From Niveibacterium umoris (lineage in GTDB: Bacteria; Pseudomonadota; Gammaproteobacteria; Burkholderiales; Rhodocyclaceae): 64,000 nucleotides of DNA. The position numbers and the translations under genes are program-made. The stretch spans positions 2,323,392 to 2,387,391 of the forward strand of contig NZ_JACIET010000001.1 of the NCBI RefSeq assembly GCF_014197015.1. The letters are read 5' to 3'. Position 1 is the stretch's first letter. Each line of letters opens with the position of its first letter. This document shows positions 19,700 to 29,507 of this stretch, one piece after another. The notes under the pieces were generated by a model. That model was given only the letters and a program-made list of their open reading frames with translations. It was not told the origin of the DNA and made no database searches.

Positions 19700-20206
19700 T
19701 TACTCCTCGACCTTGGCCTCGGCGCCCAGCGCCGCCAGCTTTTCGGTATTGCTCAGAACGTCCTGCAGCAAGTCTTCGAGCTTGTCGTTACCTGCCAGCT
19801 TGTTGCGCAGATCGGCCAGCTTGCTGCGCGCCTCAAGCAGCTTGCGCAGCGGATCCACCTGCTGCACGACGGACTCGGGACGGAAGTCATCGATGGAACG
19901 GAAATTCAGGTCGACCGCGAATTCGCCACCTTCTGCAGAAAGACGGTTCTCGACGCGGTAGGCCGCGCGCGGCGAGAGACCTTCCATGACGTCATCGAAG
20001 TTGTCTCCGTCGATGTTCACGAAACGACGGTCACGCAAGCGCGGCTGCTCGACTTCCGATTGCCCTGCGAAATCGCCGATGACGCCGACAACAAAGGGCA
20101 ATTCCTTTTGCTCGACTGCGTCGCCGCGCTCAACCTCGTAGGTCAGCTGTACGCGGGGCGCGCGGACACGAGACAGCTTCTGCTGCACACTTTCTTTCTT
20201 GGCCAT
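19700..20206 (-). CDS. tssB: Type VI secretion sheath small subunit TssB (VipA)
   Basis: 168 aa starting MAKKESVQQKLSRVRAPRVQLTYEVE. The track ORF N-terminal extension to 20842 was rejected. Confidence 0.92.
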   Translation of the reverse strand: MAKKESVQQKLSRVRAPRVQLTYEVERGDAVEQKELPFVVGVIGDFAGQSEVEQPRLRDRRFVNIDGDNFDDVMEGLSPRAAYRVENRLSAEGGEFAVDLNFRSIDDFRPESVVQQVDPLRKLLEARSKLADLRNKLAGNDKLEDLLQDVLSNTEKLAALGAEAKVEE

Positions 20207-20243
20207 GATGGATTCCTGTTTGGTTCGTGTGGTTCGGGGGCGG

Positions 20244-20963
20244 TTACTTGAGTGCACCGAAAGGGTCTGCGGACGCCTTTGAAGCGGGAGCGGCTGGCTT
20301 GCTGGCAGGAGCAGTCGCGGACTTTGCTGGCGCGGGCATCGGCGCGGCAGGAGCAGCCGGCGCCGCTGCAACAGCCGCCACAGGTGCCGCAGCAGAGCCG
20401 GCCGGCGCCGCGGGGGCAGCTTTGGCGGTGACGCGTTGCTGTGACTTCGCTTTCTTGGGTTCTTGCGCAGGCCCAACCGGAACCAGCACGTCTTCCTTGA
20501 TCGTCTCGCGCAGCGTGCGCGCCAGACGCTCAGCCTCGCCACGTGCGTCACCACCCAGGGCAACACCACCGCGCAACTCCTGAATATTCCGCACTGCGAT
20601 GCGCAGACTCGCAACCAGTGCAATGCCCTTGGCCTGGACGTTCGCGGGGTCGCGCTGGACCGCCTCGTCGGCAGCCGAAATGGCGCCCGAATAGTTGCCG
20701 CGATCAAACTGCAACTGGGCCATGCGCACCCACGGCGCCGGATCGGTCGGGTGCGCCTTGGCCGTGCCCTCCAGCATCGCCTGGGCCTTCTGCACATCGC
20801 CGGCGGCGACCAGGTCGTCGACACGCTGCTGCACTGTTGCAACGTCCTTGAATTGGTCCAGCTCGGCCATCGGCGGCGTGCTGGCGCATGCCGCCAGCAA
20901 CAATGCCGACAGCATCGGAATCAGGTTCACGTCGCAAAACCGGCGACGTTTTTGATGTGTCAT
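20244..20963 (-). CDS. T6SS-associated TPR-like lipoprotein with Ala/Pro-rich C-terminal tail
   Basis: Signal peptide plus lipobox (MTHQKRRRFCDVNLIPMLSALLLAAC). A TPR-like helical core is followed by the low-complexity AAPAAPAGSAAAPVAAVAAAPAAPAAPMPAP tail. It is the first gene of the minus-strand T6SS operon. Confidence 0.65.
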   Translation of the reverse strand: MTHQKRRRFCDVNLIPMLSALLLAACASTPPMAELDQFKDVATVQQRVDDLVAAGDVQKAQAMLEGTAKAHPTDPAPWVRMAQLQFDRGNYSGAISAADEAVQRDPANVQAKGIALVASLRIAVRNIQELRGGVALGGDARGEAERLARTLRETIKEDVLVPVGPAQEPKKAKSQQRVTAKAAPAAPAGSAAAPVAAVAAAPAAPAAPMPAPAKSATAPASKPAAPASKASADPFGALK

Positions 20964-21090
20964 TTCGTGGCTCCTGTTCGTGATTTTCGGTAGCGACTGC
21001 GACTCCATGCCGCACTTCACACCACAAATGCATATTCCATTGGCGTATGCAACATGGGTGGTAATCTACGAACAAGCAAGTACGGTTTCA

Positions 21091-21756
21091 ATGACAATGC
21101 CATACGCACTGTGCAGTTCTACCGCATCCGCCAACGGCGCAAGACAAAGCGCGGCAGCGCTCGCGCTCCTGTGTTGCCTGCTGCCCGCGTGCAGCTCCAT
21201 GGACGGCAATGCAGTGATCGGATCGGCCGCAGACAGCGCACTGGGTGTCGTGGGTCTCAAGCGCGCAAACGCCGACACAACGACCGGCTTCGACGAGATT
21301 CCGTTACGGATTCACGCCGCACGAAACCTGAATGCCGGAGCAGATGACAAGGGCACCGCGCTGGTGGTGCGCATCTACAAGCTGCGCGGGATCGATGCGT
21401 TCCTGTCGATGCCACCGGAAGCGGCGATGCTGCCGGTGAAAGAAAAGGAAGCATTGGGCGCGGATCTGATCGAGGTCCGCGAAATAGTCCTGACGCCCAA
21501 CCAGCAGCTAGAGGTGAAGGAGAAGGTCTCGCGCGAGGCTGGCTTCATCGCGATGGCAGGGCAGTTCCGTAATCCGGCGGCGTCGCGTTGGCGTGTCGCG
21601 TTTGACCGGGGTGCCGCGGCAAAGAGCGGTGTCTTGGTTGCGGCACATGCGTGTGCGTTCAGCGTTGGCGCCGGTGCGCCGATCGGCTGGAAGGAAGCAC
21701 AAGCAACAAGACTTGCGGCGGCGCGGTGCGGCGCACCGGACGACGACACGAAATAG
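21091..21756 (+). CDS. tssJ: Type VI secretion outer-membrane lipoprotein TssJ
   Basis: Signal peptide with lipobox LLPAC, about 220 aa, directly upstream of tssK. The start could also be ATG 21097. Confidence 0.7.
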   Translation: MTMPYALCSSTASANGARQSAAALALLCCLLPACSSMDGNAVIGSAADSALGVVGLKRANADTTTGFDEIPLRIHAARNLNAGADDKGTALVVRIYKLRGIDAFLSMPPEAAMLPVKEKEALGADLIEVREIVLTPNQQLEVKEKVSREAGFIAMAGQFRNPAASRWRVAFDRGAAAKSGVLVAAHACAFSVGAGAPIGWKEAQATRLAAARCGAPDDDTK

Positions 21757-21775
21757 CAGAATCAGGAGAAGCAGC

Positions 21776-23122
21776 TTGAAGGCAGCAGCAAAGGTGTTAT
21801 GGGGTGAAGGGCTGTTCTTGCGGCCGCAACACTTTCAGCGACAGGATCTCTACCACGAGTCTCGTGTTACTGAACTCGGCAGGACGCTGCACCCGTATGC
21901 GTGGGGATTCCGCCAGATCGAACTGGACCGCGACGCGCTGGCGTCCGGCGTGCTCCGCATCGACCAGGTCCGCGCCAGCTTCCCCGACGGCGAGTTCTAT
22001 GCGGCGCCGGACGCCGACGAGCTACCTGATCCGATCAACTTGTCGCAGCTCGACTTTGCGCGCGACACGATCACCTTCCACCTGGCGCTCGCTCATCTGC
22101 GAAGCTCGGGGGGCAATCACGCCCAGCCCGGCGACGCCCGCACCAACGCCCGCTATCGCCCCGCCACCGAACCCGCCGCGGATCTCTACACGCGTGCCGC
22201 AGAGGCCGATGTCATGCTGCTCCGCAAGCAGCCGCGACTGCTTTCGGAATTCGACGCCATCGAACAATTCGTGACCCTGCCGGCCGTGCGCATCCGCAAG
22301 ACCTCGACCGGCGGATTCGAGATTGATCCGACGTTCATGGCGCCCGCGGCATCTATCGACGCCCTGCCACCGCTGGTCCTGATGCTGCGCCGCATGCTCG
22401 ACGTGTTGCAGGCCAAATGCGCCGCGCTTTACGGCTTCCACCGCGAACCAAGCAAGAACATCGTCGAGGTACGATCAGGCGATATCGCGTCGTTCTGGCT
22501 GCTGCATACGGCAAGCAGTGCTTTCGCCCGCCTCAGCCACCTCTACCGCCATCCGCGTCTTCACCCTGAGCGCCTGTTCGAAGGTCTGCTGGAGGTCGCG
22601 GGCGCGCTGATGACCTTCTCGAAGAGCTACACGCTCGACGACCTGCCGACGTATGACCACGCGGATCCGTCACCCGGATTCTTCCGCCTGGATCGGATCG
22701 TGCGCGAGTTGCTGGAAACCGTGATCTCGACGCGCTGCGCCACGATCGCGCTGAATGAAGCAAAGCCCTCATTTTTCGTCGGGCGGCTGGACTCCGAAAA
22801 ACTCGGCAACGGCAGCGCGTTCTACCTCTCGGTTGCGGCCGACATGCCGCCGCCCGAGCTTGTCGACGCGGTGCCGCTGCGCTTCAAACTGGGTGCCCCC
22901 GACGACGTCGACAAACTCGTCCTCTCCGCCATGCCGGGGGTAAAACTTACCGCCGCGCCCCAGGTTCCCGCCGCCGTGCCGGTACGGCCAGGCAACTACT
23001 ATTTTTCGATCGAACCCCACGGCCCACTTTTCGAACGGATGCTGCAGGCGCAATCGGTGGCGCTTTACGTGCCGTCAGGCTTCCGTGAACTGCGGGTCGA
23101 ACTCTTCGCACTGGTGCAATGA
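21776..23122 (+). CDS. tssK: Type VI secretion baseplate protein TssK
   Basis: Conserved N-terminus KVLWGEGLFLRPQHFQRQD. No in-frame ATG is available. TTG at 21776 with an AGGAGA RBS 7 nt upstream. Confidence 0.85.
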   Translation: MKAAAKVLWGEGLFLRPQHFQRQDLYHESRVTELGRTLHPYAWGFRQIELDRDALASGVLRIDQVRASFPDGEFYAAPDADELPDPINLSQLDFARDTITFHLALAHLRSSGGNHAQPGDARTNARYRPATEPAADLYTRAAEADVMLLRKQPRLLSEFDAIEQFVTLPAVRIRKTSTGGFEIDPTFMAPAASIDALPPLVLMLRRMLDVLQAKCAALYGFHREPSKNIVEVRSGDIASFWLLHTASSAFARLSHLYRHPRLHPERLFEGLLEVAGALMTFSKSYTLDDLPTYDHADPSPGFFRLDRIVRELLETVISTRCATIALNEAKPSFFVGRLDSEKLGNGSAFYLSVAADMPPPELVDAVPLRFKLGAPDDVDKLVLSAMPGVKLTAAPQVPAAVPVRPGNYYFSIEPHGPLFERMLQAQSVALYVPSGFRELRVELFALVQ

Positions 23123-23901
23123 TGAGCCAAGTCCAAGCCCCATCCCTCTTTGGCGATATCGAACCGCGACGCCGCCCGCCTGCCGAGGCACCGCGGCAGG
23201 CCAAGACGCTGGCGGACATGATGTACGACGGTTTCTACCTGATGTTCCTGATCCGCAATCGCAACGCGCCAGTCGATGCAGAGAGCTTCCGCAATCGCCT
23301 GCGCGAATTTCTCGACGACTTCGAGCGCAACGCCAAGCGGGCCAACATCCCCGCCGATGACATCTTCGCGGCGAAATACGCATTCTGTGCCGCGATGGAC
23401 GAGCACATCCTCTCATCGCGCTTCAGCATCCGCGACGCCTGGGAACGCCAACCGCTGCAGCTCGCATTCTTTGGCGATCAACTGGCGGGCGAACGCTTCT
23501 TCGAGCGCCTCGAAGGACTTCGTGCCGAGGGCGCAGCGCGCCTGCAATCGCTGGAGGTCTATCACCTCTGCCTGCTGCTCGGCTTCCGCGGGAAATACCT
23601 TCTCGAATCGCCGGAGAAACTCGGTTACCTCGTCGGCCGCCTGGGCGACGAGATCGCCCACTACAAAGGCAACCGGGCCGCATTTGCACCGGACTGGGCC
23701 GCACCGGATGCAGTCAAGCACGCCCTGCGCAGCAACGTCCCCCTGTGGGGCGTGCTCAGCGCATACGCGTTGGTCGCACTCGGGTTGTTTGTCGGGCTTC
23801 AAACCTGGCTTGGCAAAGACACCGACAAGGTCTTGGCCGCCTTCCACGACATCGTGAAGGTCGCGCCGCGTCAGGCACATGTGACGATCAGCCTGCCTTG
23901 A
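23119..23901 (+). CDS. tssL: Type VI secretion membrane protein TssL (DotU family)
   Basis: DotU-like cytoplasmic domain plus a single C-terminal TM (LWGVLSAYALVALGLFVGL). ATGA overlap with tssK. Confidence 0.85.
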   Translation: MMSQVQAPSLFGDIEPRRRPPAEAPRQAKTLADMMYDGFYLMFLIRNRNAPVDAESFRNRLREFLDDFERNAKRANIPADDIFAAKYAFCAAMDEHILSSRFSIRDAWERQPLQLAFFGDQLAGERFFERLEGLRAEGAARLQSLEVYHLCLLLGFRGKYLLESPEKLGYLVGRLGDEIAHYKGNRAAFAPDWAAPDAVKHALRSNVPLWGVLSAYALVALGLFVGLQTWLGKDTDKVLAAFHDIVKVAPRQAHVTISLP

Positions 23902-24073
23902 ACGCCCGACCCTCTTATCGCGATTGAGACGCCGGACTGTCTTTGCCTTGCCTTTTGTGTGGCCGATCCGATAACGTCAGCTGAAGGGTGATCGGCCCCT
24001 GAATGAAAGCATTGCGGATTGAAGTGGCGCCGATGACCCTATCGACGCCATTCGACCCCAGCTTCAGCGTCCT

Positions 24074-24430
24074 TTAGCACGCGCGCCGGAAATGGCCCGC
24101 CTTCAAAGAAGGCCTTGACGGATTCTGTGCATGCCAGCACAGCACCCGCCACAACGCTTCGAGTCCGCCGAAGAAGACTTCCTTGCGCTTGTCCGGATGC
24201 AGCGGGGCGCCGCGCGGCAAGCGCCCCGCCTTCGCCTCGCACAGCGCGATCACCAATTGGCGCCGAAGCCGCAGGGGACCGCGTCGCCGCTCAACAACGT
24301 CTCGCGTCACGAGCTGATCTTCGCGCGGTGACCGGAAAAGCCCGTTCGACAACGACGCCTGGGTCACGCGCTGAGTTGTTCCGCCGTGTATGTACGACAG
24401 CGAACAGACCGGTAGCCCCGCCGTGCCCAA
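24074..24430 (-). CDS. Possible small hypothetical protein (118 aa) in the tssL-downstream gap
   Basis: Supported only by an open frame with host-like GC3 (about 80%). No motif or RBS was checked. It might instead be a gene remnant. Confidence 0.25.
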   Translation of the reverse strand: MGTAGLPVCSLSYIHGGTTQRVTQASLSNGLFRSPREDQLVTRDVVERRRGPLRLRRQLVIALCEAKAGRLPRGAPLHPDKRKEVFFGGLEALWRVLCWHAQNPSRPSLKAGHFRRAC

Positions 24431-24523
24431 GATGCCCTTGTTAGAACCATATGGCGACGGCTGCCCTGCGTGACACCGGCGCCCCGGCCGAGGGGCTCTT
24501 CCTCACTGCAAGGAGCATGTGTC

Positions 24524-24808
24524 ATGTCCAAACGCGACGAATACATCGATACGATGAAGCACCAGCTCGACGAAATGAATGCCAACATGGATGTGCTCGA
24601 AGCAAAGGCACAAGCGGCCCGCGACGATGCCCGCGACAAGTACAAGGCGGAATTGGCCAAACTGCGCCAACAGTCAAAGCTGGCGCTCGCCAAGCTCGAT
24701 GAACTGAAGACGGCGGGCGAGGAATCGTGGGACAAGATCACCGACGAGATGGAGAAGGTCCGCGACGCCTTCATTCACTCCTTCCGCTATTTCAGGTCCC
24801 AGCTCTGA
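24524..24808 (+). CDS. Small coiled-coil protein (94 aa)
   Basis: AGGAG RBS 9 nt upstream of ATG 24524. Highly charged heptad-like sequence (DEMNANMDVLEAKAQAARDDARDKYKAELAKLRQQ). Confidence 0.55.
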   Translation: MSKRDEYIDTMKHQLDEMNANMDVLEAKAQAARDDARDKYKAELAKLRQQSKLALAKLDELKTAGEESWDKITDEMEKVRDAFIHSFRYFRSQL

Positions 24809-24854
24809 AAGGTTGCGCCCCCGCGAACGGTTGCGGGGGCGTCATTGCGAACAC

Positions 24855-24898
24855 GGCCGGCGGGAACTCAGGTTCTCGTCCGGCCGCATTTCTTTGTC
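24855..24898 (+). terminator. Hairpin plus T-rich tract after the coiled-coil gene
   Basis: ggccggcgggaactcaggttctcgtccggcc then gcatttctttgtc. A second GC hairpin (24816-24840) sits between it and the convergent aox. Confidence 0.45.
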
Positions 24899-24912
24899 GC
24901 TGCGCTGCCGCC

Positions 24913-25551
24913 TCAGCCCGCGACTTGCGTTTGCGGCGTCCGCAGTGCGTCGGCGAAATCGTGGTTCACGTCGCGGTGGCCCGCTTCGTCTTGCCGCACC
25001 ACCAGGATCACGTCGCGCAAGCGCGCGGTCGCCGGCAGCTTCCAGTAATCGATCGCGATCTGCGGCGCCGGCACGTTCTCGTAACGGCCACTCTCCACTC
25101 CCGCCAGGTACTCGGTGTAGCTGAACACGGCCTCTTCTTCGAAATAGCCCACCATGCGGTGCGCCGTCTTCGGTGACAACAGGTAGAGCACGAAGAAGAA
25201 GTTGTAGAACACGCCCTGCGCCAGCAGGATCAGGAAGCGTTCGAAGCCCGAGGGCTGTGCGATCTGGATGAAGGTCATCAAATGCATGCGCTCGTTCTCG
25301 GCTTCGTCGAGCAGGGTACGGATCCAGCCGTGGTCGTCCGACATATGTCGCAGCGCACGCAGGTGCTGCAGCGTGCCACCCACCATGCCCGGCACGGCAG
25401 CCACGGTTTCGAGCACCACCGCGCGGTGGCCGTAGCGATTGGCGAAAAACAGGTCGGCGAAGAATCGCAGGAACTTGCAGATGCCGTAGGCAATGCGGTC
25501 TTGCAGGCCCGCGGGGGTGCGGTGGGTGACAGTGGGTTCTGACGCTTGCAT
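24913..25551 (-). CDS. aox: Alternative oxidase (di-iron ubiquinol oxidase)
   Basis: Di-iron ligand motifs [31 protein letters not shown] and [12 protein letters not shown]. 212 aa. Confidence 0.85.
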   Translation of the reverse strand: MQASEPTVTHRTPAGLQDRIAYGICKFLRFFADLFFANRYGHRAVVLETVAAVPGMVGGTLQHLRALRHMSDDHGWIRTLLDEAENERMHLMTFIQIAQPSGFERFLILLAQGVFYNFFFVLYLLSPKTAHRMVGYFEEEAVFSYTEYLAGVESGRYENVPAPQIAIDYWKLPATARLRDVILVVRQDEAGHRDVNHDFADALRTPQTQVAG

Positions 25552-25787
25552 GGTGATGCTCCTGATGGGGAAATCACGGAGCCGGCCTTGTGCGCCCGCC
25601 CCCAGCCAACGCCCTTGCCGCGGTTGACGGCGACGGCGTGCCACACGACGCGAGGATCGAGGCTCGGCCCGCTGGCGTGTTTGGCTACTGTCAGATAGAC
25701 GGGCGCGAGGCGTTTAGGTTCCGCGCCGGGCCAAGGTTTGCACGATCTTCTGAAAGCCGCCCGCAAGCCAGAGCGGTGCCGGCGCGT

Positions 25788-26279
25788 TCAGCCCGCTGCC
25801 GCGCGTTTCAAGAGTCGGTCGTAAAGCACCACGTTGACCGTCGCGCCGAGATTCATGCAGCCGTGGGTTGGCACGTAAACGATGTCGCGACACCACGCGG
25901 TGACGTTGCCCTTGAGGCTCCCGTCCTCCGGCCCGAAGATGTAGAACGCCCGCTCGGGGTGCTGGTATTGCGTCAGCGGCTGCGCGTCGGGGTGGAGTTC
26001 GACCGCAACCGGCACGCAGCCCAGCGGCACCACGCCGCACAGATCCTCCACGCCGATCAGCGGAATCTGCAGATACGCCTGCTTGGTGTCGGTACTGAAT
26101 TCGCGCGCGGTCTCGTAGCGCTTGCCGGTGTAGAACACCGAATGGGCGCCGTAACAACCTGCCGCACGCATCACTTCGCCGACGTTCTTCGGGCTTTTCG
26201 GATTGACCAGGCCGATACAGGCGTAACCGTCGTAGTCACGTACAGCTTGCTTGCGGGTGAGGGTTTCGATCTTGGACAT
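25788..26279 (-). CDS. SPOUT (SpoU/TrmH-family) RNA 2'-O-methyltransferase, short form
   Basis: 163 aa. The C-terminal FGPEDGSL...MNLGATVNVVLYD resembles SpoU motifs 2 and 3. Confidence 0.7.
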   Translation of the reverse strand: MSKIETLTRKQAVRDYDGYACIGLVNPKSPKNVGEVMRAAGCYGAHSVFYTGKRYETAREFSTDTKQAYLQIPLIGVEDLCGVVPLGCVPVAVELHPDAQPLTQYQHPERAFYIFGPEDGSLKGNVTAWCRDIVYVPTHGCMNLGATVNVVLYDRLLKRAAAG

Positions 26280-26379
26280 GGGCGGTGACCCGGAGGCGGA
26301 CGTCCATTCTAGCGTCACCCCCACCGCACAACGCCCGCCGGGCGCTTGCCGGGCGGGCGTTGCACATAGCCTGCGTTGA

Positions 26380-27945
26380 TCAGGCCGGCGCGCTGGTGCG
26401 GATCAGGTGGTCAAACGCACCCAAACTCGCCTTGGCCCCCTCACCCATCGCGATGATGATCTGCTTGTACGGCACCGTCGTCGCATCGCCGGCTGCGAAC
26501 ACGCCTGGCACCGAGGTCTCGCCGCGGGCGTCGACTTCGATCTCGCCGCGCGGCGAGAGCTTGACGACGTCCTTGAGGAAGTCGGTGTTCGGCAGCAGGC
26601 CGATCTGCACGAAGATGCCTTCGAGTTCGATGTGGTGCGCCGCGCCGCTGACGCGGTCCTTGTACGAGAGGCCGTTGACCTTGCTGCCGTCGCCGGTCAC
26701 TTCGGTGGTCTGCGCCGAGGTGATGACCTTGACGTTGGGCAGGCTGTGCAGCTTCTTCTGCAGCACCGCGTCGGCACGCAGGGTGTCGGCGAATTCAAGC
26801 AGGGTGACATGGGCGACGATGCCGGCGAGGTCAATCGCCGCCTCGACGCCGGAGTTGCCGCCACCGATCACCGCGACGCGCTTGCCCTTGAAGAGCGGGC
26901 CGTCGCAGTGCGGGCAGAAGGCCACACCCTTGGTCTTGTACTGCTGCTCACCCGGCACACCCATCTCGCGCCAGCGCGCCCCGGTCGAGAGGATCACGCT
27001 GCGGCTCTGCAAGGTGGCGCCGGAGGCGAGCTTCACCGTGTGCAGGCCACCCGGCGTGGCGGCAGGCTCCAGCCCGACAGCCCGCTGCAGGTTCATCACA
27101 TCGACGTCGTAGTCGCGCACATGCTGCTCCAGGCCGGCCGCGAGCTTGGGGCCGTCGGTGGCTTTGACCGAGATGAAGTTCTCGATCGCCATCGTGTCCA
27201 TCACCTGGCCGCCGAAACGTTCGGCCACCACGCCGGTGCGGATGCCCTTGCGGGCTGCGTAGATCGCCGCCGATGCGCCGGCCGGGCCACCGCCCACCAC
27301 CAGCACATCGAACACGCCCTTCTGGTTGAGCTTCTCGGCTTCGCGCGCCGCGGCGCCGGTATCGACCTTGGCAAGGATCTCCTCGACGCCCATGCGGCCC
27401 TGGCCGAACAGCTCGCCGTTGAGGTAGATCGAGGGCACACCCATGATCTGGCGCGCATCGACCTCGGCCTGGAACAGCGCGCCGTCGATCATCACCGCTT
27501 CAAAGTTGGGGTTCAGCACTGCCATCGTGTTGAGCGCCTGCACCACGTCCGGGCAGTTGTGGCACGACAGCGAGATGAAGGTCTCGAAGCTGAACTTGCC
27601 TTCGATCGCCTTGATCTGCGCAATCACGCCCTCTTCCAGCTTCGGCGCATAGCCGCTCACTTGCAGCAATGCGAGCACCAGCGAAGTGAACTCGTGGCCC
27701 ATCGGGATGCCGGCGAAATGCACGCGCGGCGTTTCGCCCTTGAGGCTGATGCCAAACGAGGGGCGGCGCGCGTTGCTGCCATCCACCCGCAGGGTGACTT
27801 TGTCCGACAAGGTGGCGACTTCTTCGAGCAGGCCGTGCAGCTCGCGCGACTTGGCGCCGTCGTCGAGCGAGGCGACCAGCTCTATCGGCTGCACGAGTCG
27901 TTCGAGATAAGCCTTCAACTGGGCCTTGATGTTCGCTTCAAGCAT
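26380..27945 (-). CDS. ahpF: Alkyl hydroperoxide reductase subunit F
   Basis: [17 protein letters not shown]..., CxxC, two FAD/NAD(P) GxGxxG motifs, 521 aa. AAGGAG RBS. Confidence 0.9.
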   Translation of the reverse strand: MLEANIKAQLKAYLERLVQPIELVASLDDGAKSRELHGLLEEVATLSDKVTLRVDGSNARRPSFGISLKGETPRVHFAGIPMGHEFTSLVLALLQVSGYAPKLEEGVIAQIKAIEGKFSFETFISLSCHNCPDVVQALNTMAVLNPNFEAVMIDGALFQAEVDARQIMGVPSIYLNGELFGQGRMGVEEILAKVDTGAAAREAEKLNQKGVFDVLVVGGGPAGASAAIYAARKGIRTGVVAERFGGQVMDTMAIENFISVKATDGPKLAAGLEQHVRDYDVDVMNLQRAVGLEPAATPGGLHTVKLASGATLQSRSVILSTGARWREMGVPGEQQYKTKGVAFCPHCDGPLFKGKRVAVIGGGNSGVEAAIDLAGIVAHVTLLEFADTLRADAVLQKKLHSLPNVKVITSAQTTEVTGDGSKVNGLSYKDRVSGAAHHIELEGIFVQIGLLPNTDFLKDVVKLSPRGEIEVDARGETSVPGVFAAGDATTVPYKQIIIAMGEGAKASLGAFDHLIRTSAPA

Positions 27946-28192
27946 GGAGGCACTCCTTCTTTCGGGCCCTTGCGTCGGGCAAGGGCCGGGGGTTCTGTGG
28001 ATCGCAGTGCAAAGCGCGCATTCCAACCCGCTTTGCACTGCGAGCCGCCGAGGCGGCTCTTGCGGCGCGACCAAAGTCGCGAGTGCGCCGTCGCGAGCGG
28101 GCCAAGGTCGGGGCGAGAAGCGCAGCCGTACGTGAGGTACGGCGAGCATCACAGCCCCGAGATTGGCCCGCGCAGCAGACGCAATCGCGGCT

Positions 28193-28762
28193 TTAGATCT
28201 TGCCGACGAGGTCGAGCGACGGCGCCAGCGTGGCTTCGCCTTCCTTCCACTTCGCCGGGCACACTTCACCCGGGTGGCTGGCGACGTACTGCGCGGCCTT
28301 GACCTTGCGCAGCAGCTCTTCGGCGTTGCGGCCGATGCCGCCGGCGTTCACTTCGATGATCTGGATCTTCCCCTGCGGGTCGATCACGAAGGTGCCACGC
28401 TCGGCGAGGCCGGCCTCTTCGATCAGCACGCCGAAGTTGCGCGACAGCAGGTGGGTCGGGTCACCGATCAGCGGGTACTTGATCTTGCCGATGGTCTCCG
28501 ACGTGTCGTGCCAGGCCTTGTGCGTGAAGTGCGTGTCGGTCGACACGCCGTAGATCTCCACCCCCAGCTTCTGGAACTCGGCGTAGTTGTCGGCCAGGTC
28601 GCCCAGCTCGGTCGGGCACACGAAGGTGAAGTCGGCCGGGTAGAAGAAGAAGACCGACCACTTGGCCTTGGTATCGGCATCCGACACCTCGACGAACTTG
28701 CCGTTGTGGAAGGCGGTGGCCTTGAAGGGCTTGATTTCGGTGTTGATGAGGGAAGCGCTCAT
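28193..28762 (-). CDS. ahpC: Alkyl hydroperoxide reductase subunit C (2-Cys peroxiredoxin)
   Basis: [26 protein letters not shown]...[16 protein letters not shown] and resolving Cys EVCPAKW. AGGAGA RBS. Confidence 0.92.
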   Translation of the reverse strand: MSASLINTEIKPFKATAFHNGKFVEVSDADTKAKWSVFFFYPADFTFVCPTELGDLADNYAEFQKLGVEIYGVSTDTHFTHKAWHDTSETIGKIKYPLIGDPTHLLSRNFGVLIEEAGLAERGTFVIDPQGKIQIIEVNAGGIGRNAEELLRKVKAAQYVASHPGEVCPAKWKEGEATLAPSLDLVGKI

Positions 28763-28869
28763 GGTGTTTCTCCTGTGCTGTTCGAGGTGAAGAGACAAAG
28801 TGTTGTGCGACGGAGTGCAGATTAAGGATTCGGACAAAATCAATCCAATTGATCGCACCGATAACATGC

Positions 28870-28884
28870 ATAGCCACAACCTAT
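28870..28884. promoter_or_regulatory. ATAG-N7-CTAT motif (OxyR-type half operator) upstream of ahpC
   Basis: atagccacaacctat lies about 108 bp upstream of the ahpC ATG. A weaker partner (ttgatcgcaccgataac) lies just upstream. Confidence 0.3.
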
Positions 28885-29005
28885 CGATTACTCGTCAGCT
28901 TCCACCCACGCAGCCTGGGTCCAGGGCACCACGCACACCAGCGTCATCGTTCTGTCGCACACGGGCAACATCTCTGCAGCATGCTGCTCGCCTGGAGGAT
29001 GTTTG

Positions 29006-29452
29006 ATGCGCCTGCTGTTCGCCCTGATCACCCTTTCCGCGTCCGGCTGCGCGCTGGCGCAGGACCCGCTGCATTGCGCTTCGACGATCCGCGAACTGCG
29101 TCAGGTCGCGGGCGACCCGGCCTTCCCGCTGCGCTGGGAAGAAACCTCGATGGACGACGGCAAACCGATGATCGTCTCGATCCTCGAGCGCAACGGCCTG
29201 CTGATGCTCGAATTCATGAAGACCGGCGAGAGCCTGTGGGCCGAAGGCGCGGGCGTCATCTGCCGTAGCGGCACCGATCTCGAAGCGCGCCTCAGCAAGG
29301 ACCAGTTCCGCCTGGGGCCCGCCGCCAACTGGCTGGCCCGCCTGGCGTTGTCCGACGGCGGCGCCTTCACCCTGCGCCGCCGCGTCAGCAACCAGCTGCA
29401 CATCGCCACCCGCGGCTGGAGCGGACGCTTCGTGCCGACGGCAGTCGAGTAA
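29006..29452 (+). CDS. Secreted hypothetical protein (148 aa)
   Basis: GGAGGA RBS. Signal peptide MRLLFALITLSASGCALA with an AxA cleavage site. Confidence 0.55.
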   Translation: MRLLFALITLSASGCALAQDPLHCASTIRELRQVAGDPAFPLRWEETSMDDGKPMIVSILERNGLLMLEFMKTGESLWAEGAGVICRSGTDLEARLSKDQFRLGPAANWLARLALSDGGAFTLRRRVSNQLHIATRGWSGRFVPTAVE

Positions 29453-29507
29453 CCGAGCTGCGTTACCGGGGTTCAGATCGTGCGAAACGGCGGCGAACCG
29501 CCATCGG

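Noticed and set aside
18281-20251. 656-aa plus-strand ORF antisense to tssC/tssB
   Set aside because: No motifs, and it overlaps two well-supported T6SS sheath genes.
19700-20842. Track ORF giving a 380-aa TssB
   Set aside because: The N-terminal 212 aa are Pro/Arg-rich read-through of the intergenic region. The true TssB starts at MAKKESV (20206).
26407-28302. 631-aa plus-strand ORF antisense to ahpF
   Set aside because: Antisense artefact. ahpF is unambiguous.
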